Shown piece after piece: positions 6,547 through 15,822 of a DNA stretch of 35,907 nucleotides. The DNA is from Planctomycetota bacterium (lineage in GTDB: Bacteria; Planctomycetota; UBA1135). How positions within the stretch are numbered: the stretch's first letter is position 1; the number at the start of each line of letters is the position of its first letter. The stretch lies in assembly GCA_045047305.1 (NCBI GenBank), contig JASFYO010000031.1:1-35907 (forward strand). The letters run 5' to 3'. A program made the position numbers and the translations under genes. The notes beneath the pieces were generated by a model. It saw only the letters and a program-made list of their open reading frames with translations. It was not told where the DNA came from and searched no databases.

Positions 6547-7800
6547 CTAGCTTCCGGTCGTTTCGGCAGCACGAAGTTCCGTGGTGACTGGATAGTGGTC
6601 AGAGCAACATTTCATGCTGACTCCAGTGATGGAATCCACGACTTCGGAAGACTCGATTTCCTCGGCTAGGGCCGGCGTAAACAACATAAAGTCAATGCGG
6701 GTGAGGTATGGCTTTTGGTTGTATGTCACCTTTTCGGTGCCCGCGCAGGAATCAACCAGGCCTATTGCAAGCAACTCCTGGAGCGTAGATTCCTCCACGA
6801 CTTCATTGAAGTCGCCGCTGATGAAAGCCCGATAACCAGGGTCTTTTGCCAATTCCGCCGCGATAATGCCAGCTGCGGCATGCGCTTCGGAGGTGCGGAT
6901 GACGTCGGAGTTATCCCCACCGTGTTGGGATTTAAAGTGCACGACGTAGACGTCGGCGTTGAGCTTTCCACCGATGGATACACGAAGTAAATCACGACGG
7001 AACTTTTGCTCACGGCCCTGCGCGTCCTTAAATCGCAAATGGCGGTAGGAAGTCACCGAGTTGATTGGCAGGCGAGTCAGCAACCCGACATCGATGCCGC
7101 GGCCATCATTGCCCTCGAAGAGCACCACTTCATACCCCAAATCCTTGAGGTAAGCACGGTTGAACTCTTCCAGCACTGAGCGGTTCTCGACTTCCTCTAC
7201 GCAAAGGACATCGGGGTTGAGTGCGTGGATGCCATCGGAAATACGCTGCATGCGATGCGGCGCAATGAAGGATGGATTAGTGCGCTGGTCGTCGGAGTAT
7301 GGGTCATCGAACTCATCGAAGAAGTTCTCGAGGTTCCATGTCATCAGCCGAACCCCAGCAGAAGCTGCGGCGGTGCGCACGGCTGGCTGAGGAGTGAGGA
7401 CCGGATTGGCGGCGATTTGGGTGCCGTCGGCAAAGGAAATCTGACTCATTTTCTCAATGATGATTTCCGAAGAGCCCTTGTACTTTTTCACCTTACCGTG
7501 AATCAGAACTTCTCGGCCCAAAAGCAAATCTGCCGGCGGCGCCGGAAACTCGCAGCTCAAGGATGCAAAAATCACTGCGCTAAAAGTACCTTTCCAGTCT
7601 TCCGAAAAGTTCAGGAAGGTCGCCTTGCCACTATCGTGGGTGCGCACCACGGTTCCTTTGACAGTAATGGTTTGCCCAATGAAATCATTGGCCTTGGTCC
7701 AAGAAACAACTTCCGGTTGCTGTTGTTGCACCCCCTCTTGAGCTGCAAGGCCGAGGCTAAGAAAAAGGCTAATCAAGAATGCGGCGGGGAGGCACTTCAT
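6547..7800 (-). CDS. Secreted endonuclease/exonuclease/phosphatase (EEP) family protein with N-terminal OB-fold
   Basis: Signal peptide from ATG 7800. OB-like segment ITVKGTVV...TFLNF...FSAVIF. EEP motifs TWNLENFFD, EVEN, GRGIDV, HFKS, GDFN, IDF and SDHYPV. Confidence 0.85.
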   Translation of the reverse strand: MKCLPAAFLISLFLSLGLAAQEGVQQQQPEVVSWTKANDFIGQTITVKGTVVRTHDSGKATFLNFSEDWKGTFSAVIFASLSCEFPAPPADLLLGREVLIHGKVKKYKGSSEIIIEKMSQISFADGTQIAANPVLTPQPAVRTAAASAGVRLMTWNLENFFDEFDDPYSDDQRTNPSFIAPHRMQRISDGIHALNPDVLCVEEVENRSVLEEFNRAYLKDLGYEVVLFEGNDGRGIDVGLLTRLPINSVTSYRHLRFKDAQGREQKFRRDLLRVSIGGKLNADVYVVHFKSQHGGDNSDVIRTSEAHAAAGIIAAELAKDPGYRAFISGDFNEVVEESTLQELLAIGLVDSCAGTEKVTYNQKPYLTRIDFMLFTPALAEEIESSEVVDSITGVSMKCCSDHYPVTTELRAAETTGS

Positions 7801-7878
7801 CGCCCTGGATTGTATCGCCGGCCCCAGATTCGGACCGACCATGGTTATTTTGACCTGATGCCGCTCTAAACTGTTGCC

Positions 7879-10419
7879 ATGAAGCCATATTTGCACGCCG
7901 CTCTATTTGTGCTGTTTACTGCGGGCTGTAGTAAATCAGCGACGGAAGTGCCGGAATCCCCTACACCGGAATCTTCCACACAATCCAGCATGGAGGCCGA
8001 CCTGGAACCGGCAAGTCTTGCTTCGCCCGCGCAACAAAAGCTGCAGCGCTCCACCGAGGAAAGCTCGAAGACGGTGACTCCGACCTTCCGGCTGCTCCTG
8101 TTTGGCCTTAGCCGCGGCGGACCACAAGCAAATGTCAAAGTGAGGATTTGTAAGGAATCCTTCTGGCTATCTGAGAGCAACCAAAACGCTTGGTCCACCC
8201 AGAGCAAGCCAAGCGAGCAGATCTTGCAACTACCATTCACGATGAGTGGTGGCGATGGCATCGTTCCCATCCCCGTTCCGACCTCGGAGGCCATCATGGT
8301 GGTCGCGGAAAGGAATGGGAGCTGGATTTGGCAGCGCTTCGAACAAGCTAAGGCCGATGCCATCGTCCCCATGGCCTTCCCCGACGAAGCCAGCTTTGGC
8401 GTTCGCGTATTGGATCAAGATGGCAATCCGGCTCCTGGCGTTTCGGTGCAGCCTTTTGTTGGAGCGATGTCGACGATGGAGATTGAAACCGGCGCGGAGA
8501 ACCGCCTCAGTCGCACGCCCGATGGAATCGTATTTTTATCCGACATCAAACTATTCCGCGACATCACAAAGGATATGTCGGCGCGTTTTGCAAAGGATGC
8601 CGGTCAGGAACCACCGCCCCCTCCACCTTTGCGCGCCTACGCGAATATTCTCTCCATCGAGAGCATGTTCGTTGACCTCCCGCTGCCCGCCACACAAGGA
8701 TTCATTGATCTCCACCTAGGGCCAAGCGGAAGTTTACACGTGGACATAAATGGAGTGGAGCATGCCTCCGGTTCCGTAAGTATCTCTGGATCAGCCGATG
8801 CTCCCAATTTTTATGGTACGCGGATCAACGACATTCCATTTGAGGACGGCGTGGTAGACATCCCATACATTGGCCTCGGATTAGATCTTTCCATCGTAAT
8901 CAAGCTGCAAGGCGAATCCGGCACGCGGAGAATCAAGGTGCAGGGGCCCCAAACGGCCGGCGATCGCGTTCAGGCATCCCTCACCATCGATCCCACCATG
9001 GTGATTTCTGGACGCTTGCTGGACAGCCGCGCGCGCCCCATTAGTAAAGACCGATTAGCACGTGCGATGCAACGCTCCGCGCGCAATGAAAAACTTAAAC
9101 CCCCGTCCTTAGCGCTCTTCACCGGACAGCTTTCACCACGGTGGCAACCATTATCTCTAGATGATGAAGGCCGCTTTCGCGCCATCATCAACACCAAACG
9201 ACTTGGGAAAAAAGTCTATGCCCTGCAAGTTGAGTTCGCTGGAAAGACCTTCAGTTGGAGCGGGGAAATACCGGTTGGTCCCAGCGAAACCGATCTTGGC
9301 GAGGTCCAGCTTGGATCTGGCCCGTCCCTTCTGGCCGGCATGGTGGTCGATGGCCAAGGCAATGGCATCGCCGGTGCCAGGCTCACTCTCGAATTTGAAA
9401 AGGAAACTCAATATGGCATGCGATGGACAAAATACCCAGGTGCAAAACTCGTTTCCGCCAAGGACGGGAGCTTTCGAGTCCCCCTTTCTTATGCTGGCGG
9501 CAGCGGCCGTTTAACCGCCGTTCACGATGCCTATTCCCAAATCGAGCCTCTCACCGTTCAAGCTGGAAACAAGGACACCCAGGTCCTGATGGCCATGGGT
9601 GGAGAGCTTCTTTTTACCTACTCCTCTCCGCCAGGATTCAATCACTACAACCTTGCTCTCATTCTTACAGGAAGTCAGGGCGTAGTAAAAATCGAGCCTG
9701 AAGACGGCTACTTTTCGAGTGACTTAGACCATTTTCGCTACCGAGGAATCCCTGCTGGAGAATATGACCTCACCCTCAAGTACAGTTATTACGAGGAGGA
9801 AATCCTCTCTCTCTCGGGCGTCACTGTGCGCGCAGGAGAACTCTGCGATGACCCCCGTTTGAACGAGGTGGATATCTCGGTTGGTTTACGCCAAGTGGGT
9901 TTAGTCATTCGAAATGGAAGCGGTGAGCCTATTTCAGATTACTCGCTTTACATCGTGCAAGATGGAAATCCGGATTACATTCCTGGAATCGGTGGTGAAA
10001 AAAATCTTTGGGTTCCACTGAGCGCACAATTCGATGTCGTGGTTTATGCAGACGAATATGGAACCGGCGAGCAAGAAAATATTGGATCCGCCATCGATGT
10101 CACCCTCTCCAAAATACGCACCGCGCGATTCCAAGTCGCCGAAGGCACCCAACTTGAAACTCCTGGGGGGCGCCTCCACCTCATGCTTGTGAGAGAGGCT
10201 GAGCTTTCAGGCTTTGATTACCAATTTATGCCTTGGCGCCCTCAAGCAATCGGCGATGACCTGCAGTACTCAAGCCCAATACCTGGCCCAGGGCGCTACA
10301 CCCTCTATTGGCAGCAGGGAGAGGAGAGGCGGAAAGGTAAGTTTTCCACCTCTGTAGTGCTCACCGAAGAAGATCTAAATGGCGTGGTTACGGTTCATCC
10401 GCCAGACGGATTCCAGTAA
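7879..10419 (+). CDS. Large lipoprotein with carboxypeptidase-regulatory-like (prealbumin-like) beta-sandwich repeats
   Basis: Lipobox-like FTAGC. Repeated motifs VRVLDQDGNPAPGVSV, GRLLDSRARPI, GMVVDGQGNGIAGARL and IRNGSGEPI. Confidence 0.7.
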   Translation: MKPYLHAALFVLFTAGCSKSATEVPESPTPESSTQSSMEADLEPASLASPAQQKLQRSTEESSKTVTPTFRLLLFGLSRGGPQANVKVRICKESFWLSESNQNAWSTQSKPSEQILQLPFTMSGGDGIVPIPVPTSEAIMVVAERNGSWIWQRFEQAKADAIVPMAFPDEASFGVRVLDQDGNPAPGVSVQPFVGAMSTMEIETGAENRLSRTPDGIVFLSDIKLFRDITKDMSARFAKDAGQEPPPPPPLRAYANILSIESMFVDLPLPATQGFIDLHLGPSGSLHVDINGVEHASGSVSISGSADAPNFYGTRINDIPFEDGVVDIPYIGLGLDLSIVIKLQGESGTRRIKVQGPQTAGDRVQASLTIDPTMVISGRLLDSRARPISKDRLARAMQRSARNEKLKPPSLALFTGQLSPRWQPLSLDDEGRFRAIINTKRLGKKVYALQVEFAGKTFSWSGEIPVGPSETDLGEVQLGSGPSLLAGMVVDGQGNGIAGARLTLEFEKETQYGMRWTKYPGAKLVSAKDGSFRVPLSYAGGSGRLTAVHDAYSQIEPLTVQAGNKDTQVLMAMGGELLFTYSSPPGFNHYNLALILTGSQGVVKIEPEDGYFSSDLDHFRYRGIPAGEYDLTLKYSYYEEEILSLSGVTVRAGELCDDPRLNEVDISVGLRQVGLVIRNGSGEPISDYSLYIVQDGNPDYIPGIGGEKNLWVPLSAQFDVVVYADEYGTGEQENIGSAIDVTLSKIRTARFQVAEGTQLETPGGRLHLMLVREAELSGFDYQFMPWRPQAIGDDLQYSSPIPGPGRYTLYWQQGEERRKGKFSTSVVLTEEDLNGVVTVHPPDGFQ

Positions 10420-10431
10420 ACGACGCCTGGC

Positions 10432-12174
10432 CTAGCGTCCTGACTGTTTCACCAACTCCAGCGCGCGATGCATAGCCTCATCCGCAGTGATGGCTTCTTT
10501 GGCTTCCGTGTTCGAACGCAGGCTGAACTCCACTCCGCGTTCGGCGGCGTCGCGACCAACCACGATGCGAATTGGAATACCCACGAGGTCGGCATCTTTG
10601 AACTTCACCCCTGGGTTGACCTTCTTGCGCTCATCCCAAAGCACATCCACGCCAGCGGACTCAAGGTAATCGTGAATCTCAAGCGCCAAGGCATCTTGGT
10701 CCTCGTTACCTGCCTTCATCTGAATCAAATGCACGGCATACGGCGCAATCGGTAGCGGCCAAATCATGCCATGGTCATCGTGGTTTTGCTCAATCGCGCT
10801 AGCAGCAACCCGTGAAACCCCAATGCCATAACAACCCATCCACATCGGCTTGGTCTTTTGGTTTTCATCGGAGAAGTTGGCTTGCATCGCTTCCGAATAC
10901 TTGGTGCCCAATTGGAAGATGTGACCGACCTCAATGCCACGAGTGATTTCAATTTCACCCTCGCCATCGACCACGCTATCCCCCGCTTGCACGGTGCCAA
11001 AGTCCACCGTTTCTGGCTGCTCTAGGTCGCGGCCAAAGTGCACATCTAGGTAGTGCATATCGGTTTCGTTACCACCACAGAGAAAACCGTTCACACCATT
11101 CACCGAAGTATCGGCGAGCAAACGAACATGGTCTGCTAAGCCAATCGGTCCAGCAAAGCCAACTTCGGCGCCGGTTGCAGTCTTCACCGTAGTTTCATTA
11201 GCCAGGTCCAACTGCAAAGCATCTAAGTGATTCAGCAGCTTGGTTTCGTTTAGCTCACGATCCCCGCGGCACATCACGGCAACCACGCCATCGGTGTCAT
11301 CGGCGTAGGTCACGGAGTAAAGAACCGTTTTTAACATGCGGGTCAAAGCCAAATCGGGGAACATCTTCAACAAGTCATCACAGGAGCGCGCGCCTGGGGT
11401 GGCTTCTTTGTGCATGGCCACATCTTCGGCGCACTCGGCAGCAGCAGGGATGCGCGAAACAGCCTTCTCTAAGTTCGCCGCATATCCGGTTGCACGGCAA
11501 ACTGCGATGCCATCTTCTCCGGTCTCGGCATCAACCATGAATTCCTCGGAACCGCAGCCACCAATCGCCCCAGAATCTGCCTCCACTGGGGTAAATCCAA
11601 GACCACAGCGGGTGAAGATGTTGCGGTAGACCTCGCGCATGATGGCGTAGGATTCCGCCATGGCTTCTTCGCTCACATCAAAGGAGTAAGCATCCTTCAT
11701 GATGAATTCGCGGCCGCGCATCAAACCAAAACGCGGACGGATCTCATCGCGGAACTTGGTTTGAATTTGGTAAAGCGTGACTGGCAACTGTTTATAGGAC
11801 TGCACCTGACGCTTCACGAAAGTCGTAATCACTTCCTCGTGGGTTGGGCCGAGGCAAACTTCGGAACCCTTACGGTCGCGGAAGTTAAACAAGATGCCCT
11901 CATTCACATAGCGGTCCCAGCGGCCGGACTCCTCCCACAGCTCGCGTGGTTGCAAGGCTGGCATCAGCATCTCTTGGCACCCGGCGCGATCATGCTCTTC
12001 ACGCACGATGTTCTCAACTCGGCGCAGAACCCGCCACATCATCGGGCCGTAAACGTAAATTCCGGCAGCCAACTTCTGAACAAACCCTGCACGGGCCATC
12101 AGAGCGTGAGAACGGACCTCGGCGTCGGAAGGCTCGTCGCGGAGGGTTACAAAAAGAAGGCGGGAAAGGCGCAT
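10432..12174 (-). CDS. proS: Proline--tRNA ligase (bacterial type with INS editing domain)
   Basis: LGPTHEE, QIQTKFRDEIRPRFGLMRGREFIMKDAYSF, GIEVGHIFQLGTKYS and MGCYGIG motifs. Start set at ATG 12174. Confidence 0.97.
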   Translation of the reverse strand: MRLSRLLFVTLRDEPSDAEVRSHALMARAGFVQKLAAGIYVYGPMMWRVLRRVENIVREEHDRAGCQEMLMPALQPRELWEESGRWDRYVNEGILFNFRDRKGSEVCLGPTHEEVITTFVKRQVQSYKQLPVTLYQIQTKFRDEIRPRFGLMRGREFIMKDAYSFDVSEEAMAESYAIMREVYRNIFTRCGLGFTPVEADSGAIGGCGSEEFMVDAETGEDGIAVCRATGYAANLEKAVSRIPAAAECAEDVAMHKEATPGARSCDDLLKMFPDLALTRMLKTVLYSVTYADDTDGVVAVMCRGDRELNETKLLNHLDALQLDLANETTVKTATGAEVGFAGPIGLADHVRLLADTSVNGVNGFLCGGNETDMHYLDVHFGRDLEQPETVDFGTVQAGDSVVDGEGEIEITRGIEVGHIFQLGTKYSEAMQANFSDENQKTKPMWMGCYGIGVSRVAASAIEQNHDDHGMIWPLPIAPYAVHLIQMKAGNEDQDALALEIHDYLESAGVDVLWDERKKVNPGVKFKDADLVGIPIRIVVGRDAAERGVEFSLRSNTEAKEAITADEAMHRALELVKQSGR

Positions 12175-12250
12175 GGCGGGGCGTAGTTTAGCTGTCTCTG
12201 CCGGGCTCGGAGCGCAGGCCACCCCCTGCGGACTGTTAGCATGGGCCGAC

Positions 12251-14884
12251 ATGAACTCTCGGTTCGCCTTGCCTCTGCTTCTCGTCGTCCTTCTCGGTGC
12301 CGGCGCCTGGGTTCTGCTTGGAAACCCATCCCCCCAAGACCCACAAAATGACTCTGCAAATCAGGTGGAGGCCAATCAGGAGCTAGAAGGCGGGACCTTG
12401 AACTCCGGTGGTTTGCAAAACAGCAACGGCCAGGACCCCGAGCGCACTAACATGGAAGCTGGGCCCAGCGGTGTACAAGATTCGCTTTCCTCCAGTCAAG
12501 AGACCCACAGCCTCGCAAGCTTTTATGGCGTGGTTCAAGACGGTCGCGGCATGGCCTTGGCCGATGTCACCATTCACGCTTTCGGCCTCAGTGGATGGGC
12601 TGCGAGTTGGGATGGCGATGAAAGCCGGCTTGCGGCACATTGGGAGACCACCACCAATGCCGACGGGTTTTTTGAACTTCCGCAAGCACCCCGTGACCGC
12701 TTGCGCTTCATCCTTGAGTTCCAACACGCGGAGTTCGCTGCGAAGGCCTTAAACAACTTGTCGGCCAACATCGGGCGCGGACATAATCTCGGCGTCATCA
12801 CCCTCGGTACGGGCTTCAGCATCAAGGGCACCGTTTTTGACGACCAAGGCAATCCACTTGCCGGAGCTAGTGTCACCCCATTCCCCGACACCGAGCTATT
12901 TCGTATCTCCAGCAGAAACCAACCGAAACGCCCACTGATGGAAGCCGTGGTTTCCGATGCGAGCGGCAGTTTTGAATTCTCCGGCCTGCCCCAACGCGCG
13001 ATTCGTTTACGCGCCGAGGCTGACGGATTCTTTGAAGGTTGGTCTTCCTCCGTTTCGGGCAAGCATGGAGATGAGCTCCAAGGCATCGCAGTACAGCTGA
13101 ATCGGGCCACGCAAAGCTTCGGCATTGTGATGGATGACAAGCGCGGGCCGGTAGCCGGCGCACGCGTGGTTGCAGCAGCTAGCTCTGCCGGATTCACCGG
13201 ACGTAAATCGGAAAGTGTAGAAACCACCACCGACGAGGATGGCCGCTTCAGCTTGGCCCTGCCCGATGACACCGAAGAACTGCGCCTAACCGTTGGTGCC
13301 CAAGGCTTCTGGGTTACAGAATATCGCCACGGTGAAAATCCACTCAACAGCCCCATCGAAATCAGTCTCACTCCGATTGCGCCCTTAACTGGGGTTGTGG
13401 TTGATGAAAGCGGGCGCGGTGTCGCCGGTGCAGAAGTCAGATTGGTAGAAAACCGCCAAGGCAAAATTAACCCGCGCGACATGGTGGCCAATGTCAAAAC
13501 GGTGGCCGACGCAAACGGTACCTTCACCCTAATCCCAAACCTCCGTAGCGCATGGGGCGGACGTTTTTCGGTTTACGCATGGGACGACACGCATGCCGTC
13601 GGCAACAGCGAAATGTTTCGTTTGCGTAGCGCCGCACGCTTCAAAGCTCCTGACCTGCGTATTCTGGTTGGCCAAGGATTCCGCGCCAGCGGTACGGTGC
13701 TTGGCCCCGATGGCAAGCCACTCAATCGCGCTCGCGTGCATTTACGTTCCTTGCGCAAAGCTCGCCAAACAGCATTTGGGCCAGCTATTGGCGCACAGCG
13801 CGGCGGCGATATCTTTGGCCACACCGAAAGCGCAGCCGATGGCAGCTTCAGCTTTGACGGTCTAGCCAGTGGGGATTATCGTATCGAGGCTTATCACCAG
13901 GGGCTTTCCCCGGCCATGTCGGAAGCCTTTAGTTTGATTGACCAGGATTTCGAAACAGACTTAAGGCTACAAGCCGCTGCAAGTATCGCAGGGCATGTCG
14001 AAGGCCCGATTCAAGCCTTTCGTGGCCTCAGCGTCAGCGCTCAAGCCGCTGGGCTAGACCCGATTGATGTTCGCGTCGACAGCCAAGGCGAGTTCCGCTT
14101 CGACGAAGTCATGCCCGGCACTTGGAACTTGCAATTGCGTGATGCCGACCAAGAAGCCGCAAGTGCAGGCATGGTTTTTGGCAATGCACAACCACTGGCC
14201 CAAATAACCGATCTCGCAGTGCGCGCGGGCGAAACCACCAGCACCACACTCACCATCAACCTTGCTGGACGCGGCGAGATCCACGGCACAGTCAAGGTGA
14301 ACGACCAATACGCTGCCGACTACATGGTGTTCACGGTCCCCAACTCAGGCGGTGGCCGTCAATCCAACTCCCTCTTTAGCGGCTCAAAGTCCGGCCAGCA
14401 AATGCGGGTTACAAGCTGTGATTACACCGGAAAGTTTCAAATACCAGCACTCGCTAGTGGCAACTATTGGGTTGTGCTGTGTAAACCTGGCACCTTCCCT
14501 GATGGCTTAGGATTCGGCAGTCAAAACACCGAAATGCCAGCAGGCCTGCAAACTCAAAGCATTCGCATCGGCGATGGGAATGACCAAGAAGTCAACTTCG
14601 ACGTCTTAATCGGATCGCTTAAGCTCACTGTTGCCAACCCCGGTGAAGGCAACTCCGCACGCACGCGCATCATTCCAGACCCTGCCGATGGTCGACGCTC
14701 GCAGAGCTTTTACCTCCGCCGCCGCGGCCATGAGATTCAAGATATTGCTTCCGGCGGCTATTTGCTGCAAGTCCGCGATGGCAAGGATTGGATTTCCACA
14801 CGCATCCATGTTGCGCCCGGCGGAACCACGGATGTCTCCGTCACCCTGCCGCTGCAGAAAACTAGGAAGGCTACCTCGAAATAA
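12251..14884 (+). CDS. Membrane-anchored protein with about 7 carboxypeptidase-regulatory-like beta-sandwich repeats
   Basis: N-terminal TM helix from ATG 12251. Repeats GVVQDGRGMALADVTI, GTVFDDQGNPLAGASV, GIVMDDKRGPVAGARV, GVVVDESGRGVAGAEV and GTVLGPDGKPLNRARV, each followed by a T/S..DG.F-like motif. Confidence 0.75.
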   Translation: MNSRFALPLLLVVLLGAGAWVLLGNPSPQDPQNDSANQVEANQELEGGTLNSGGLQNSNGQDPERTNMEAGPSGVQDSLSSSQETHSLASFYGVVQDGRGMALADVTIHAFGLSGWAASWDGDESRLAAHWETTTNADGFFELPQAPRDRLRFILEFQHAEFAAKALNNLSANIGRGHNLGVITLGTGFSIKGTVFDDQGNPLAGASVTPFPDTELFRISSRNQPKRPLMEAVVSDASGSFEFSGLPQRAIRLRAEADGFFEGWSSSVSGKHGDELQGIAVQLNRATQSFGIVMDDKRGPVAGARVVAAASSAGFTGRKSESVETTTDEDGRFSLALPDDTEELRLTVGAQGFWVTEYRHGENPLNSPIEISLTPIAPLTGVVVDESGRGVAGAEVRLVENRQGKINPRDMVANVKTVADANGTFTLIPNLRSAWGGRFSVYAWDDTHAVGNSEMFRLRSAARFKAPDLRILVGQGFRASGTVLGPDGKPLNRARVHLRSLRKARQTAFGPAIGAQRGGDIFGHTESAADGSFSFDGLASGDYRIEAYHQGLSPAMSEAFSLIDQDFETDLRLQAAASIAGHVEGPIQAFRGLSVSAQAAGLDPIDVRVDSQGEFRFDEVMPGTWNLQLRDADQEAASAGMVFGNAQPLAQITDLAVRAGETTSTTLTINLAGRGEIHGTVKVNDQYAADYMVFTVPNSGGGRQSNSLFSGSKSGQQMRVTSCDYTGKFQIPALASGNYWVVLCKPGTFPDGLGFGSQNTEMPAGLQTQSIRIGDGNDQEVNFDVLIGSLKLTVANPGEGNSARTRIIPDPADGRRSQSFYLRRRGHEIQDIASGGYLLQVRDGKDWISTRIHVAPGGTTDVSVTLPLQKTRKATSK

Positions 14885-15822
14885 TGAAAGCCAACCCAGG
14901 CTTACGCTTCCTGCGCGGTGTCGCTTGGTTGATGCTGCCTTTGCTCACAACCATTCTCATTCTGCATTTCGGTACAGAACAGTTTGAGCCGAGCGAGGTC
15001 GAGGCCATGCCGGCAGTACTGGAAGTCGAGACTCCAAGTGCAAAATTCCCTGTCGTGGTGCAACTCCAACATGCCGATGGCAGCCCGGCGGCGGACGGCG
15101 TAGTTTTATTCTTCGCGCCACAATTGGTGGCTGCTCGCATGGATGAGTCTGGATTGGCGCATGCAAGTATGTCCGTCGAAGGCGAGATCAAATTCCTCGC
15201 CTTTGCCCCAGGCCATGCCCTAAAAGAGGGTTCACTGCCTGCCGAAGCCCGGAGCACTGCACAAACGATTCGTTTATTGCCCCTGCCCGACCCCATCATT
15301 ACCCCGGGCGAGAAGCTGGTGTTCCTTCCACGCACGATCACCTTGACTGATGCTGAAGGCGCGCCAGTGCCCAATGTATTGCTTTTAGTGCGTGACCTCG
15401 AGCATCCTGGAGATGAACCATGGGTCGCGTTCGCGAATGCTGACGGCGTCGCCAACTTAGCCGATGCCACCGCCAAAGCTTTAGAGGTTCACGCCTACGC
15501 ACCTGGGCTCCCACCTCGTAAAGCCTCGCGCCTCGGCACTTGGCTGATGCCACAAGATCAAACCGAGATTACCTTTGTGGTCGAAGCAGCCTATGTCCAG
15601 GTCGATGGCCTGCCTCCACAAGGATTACTCGCATGGAAGCGATCCGACCTACAACAGTTGCTTCCATTGATTCAGATTTCGGAAGACGGCGAAACCCTTC
15701 TCGGCCCCATGCCGCCAGGGCGTTATCGCTTGGAAGTCAATCAGCGCAGCCTAGATTTAGACTTTCACGCCGGCAAGCAAAGCATCAATTTTGGTGCGGC
15801 GGCGGCGGCGGCTCAGCGCTAA
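14884..15822 (+). CDS. Membrane-anchored beta-sandwich repeat protein, hypothetical
   Basis: TAATG coupling to the previous gene. N-terminal TM helix. Motifs LQHADGSPAA, LTDAEGAPVPNV and GPMPPGRYRLEV. Confidence 0.65.
   Translation: MKANPGLRFLRGVAWLMLPLLTTILILHFGTEQFEPSEVEAMPAVLEVETPSAKFPVVVQLQHADGSPAADGVVLFFAPQLVAARMDESGLAHASMSVEGEIKFLAFAPGHALKEGSLPAEARSTAQTIRLLPLPDPIITPGEKLVFLPRTITLTDAEGAPVPNVLLLVRDLEHPGDEPWVAFANADGVANLADATAKALEVHAYAPGLPPRKASRLGTWLMPQDQTEITFVVEAAYVQVDGLPPQGLLAWKRSDLQQLLPLIQISEDGETLLGPMPPGRYRLEVNQRSLDLDFHAGKQSINFGAAAAAAQR

Noticed and set aside
12574..13527. 317-aa antisense ORF
   Set aside because: It lies wholly opposite the repeat-domain gene and has Ser/Pro/Thr-rich shadow composition with no motifs.
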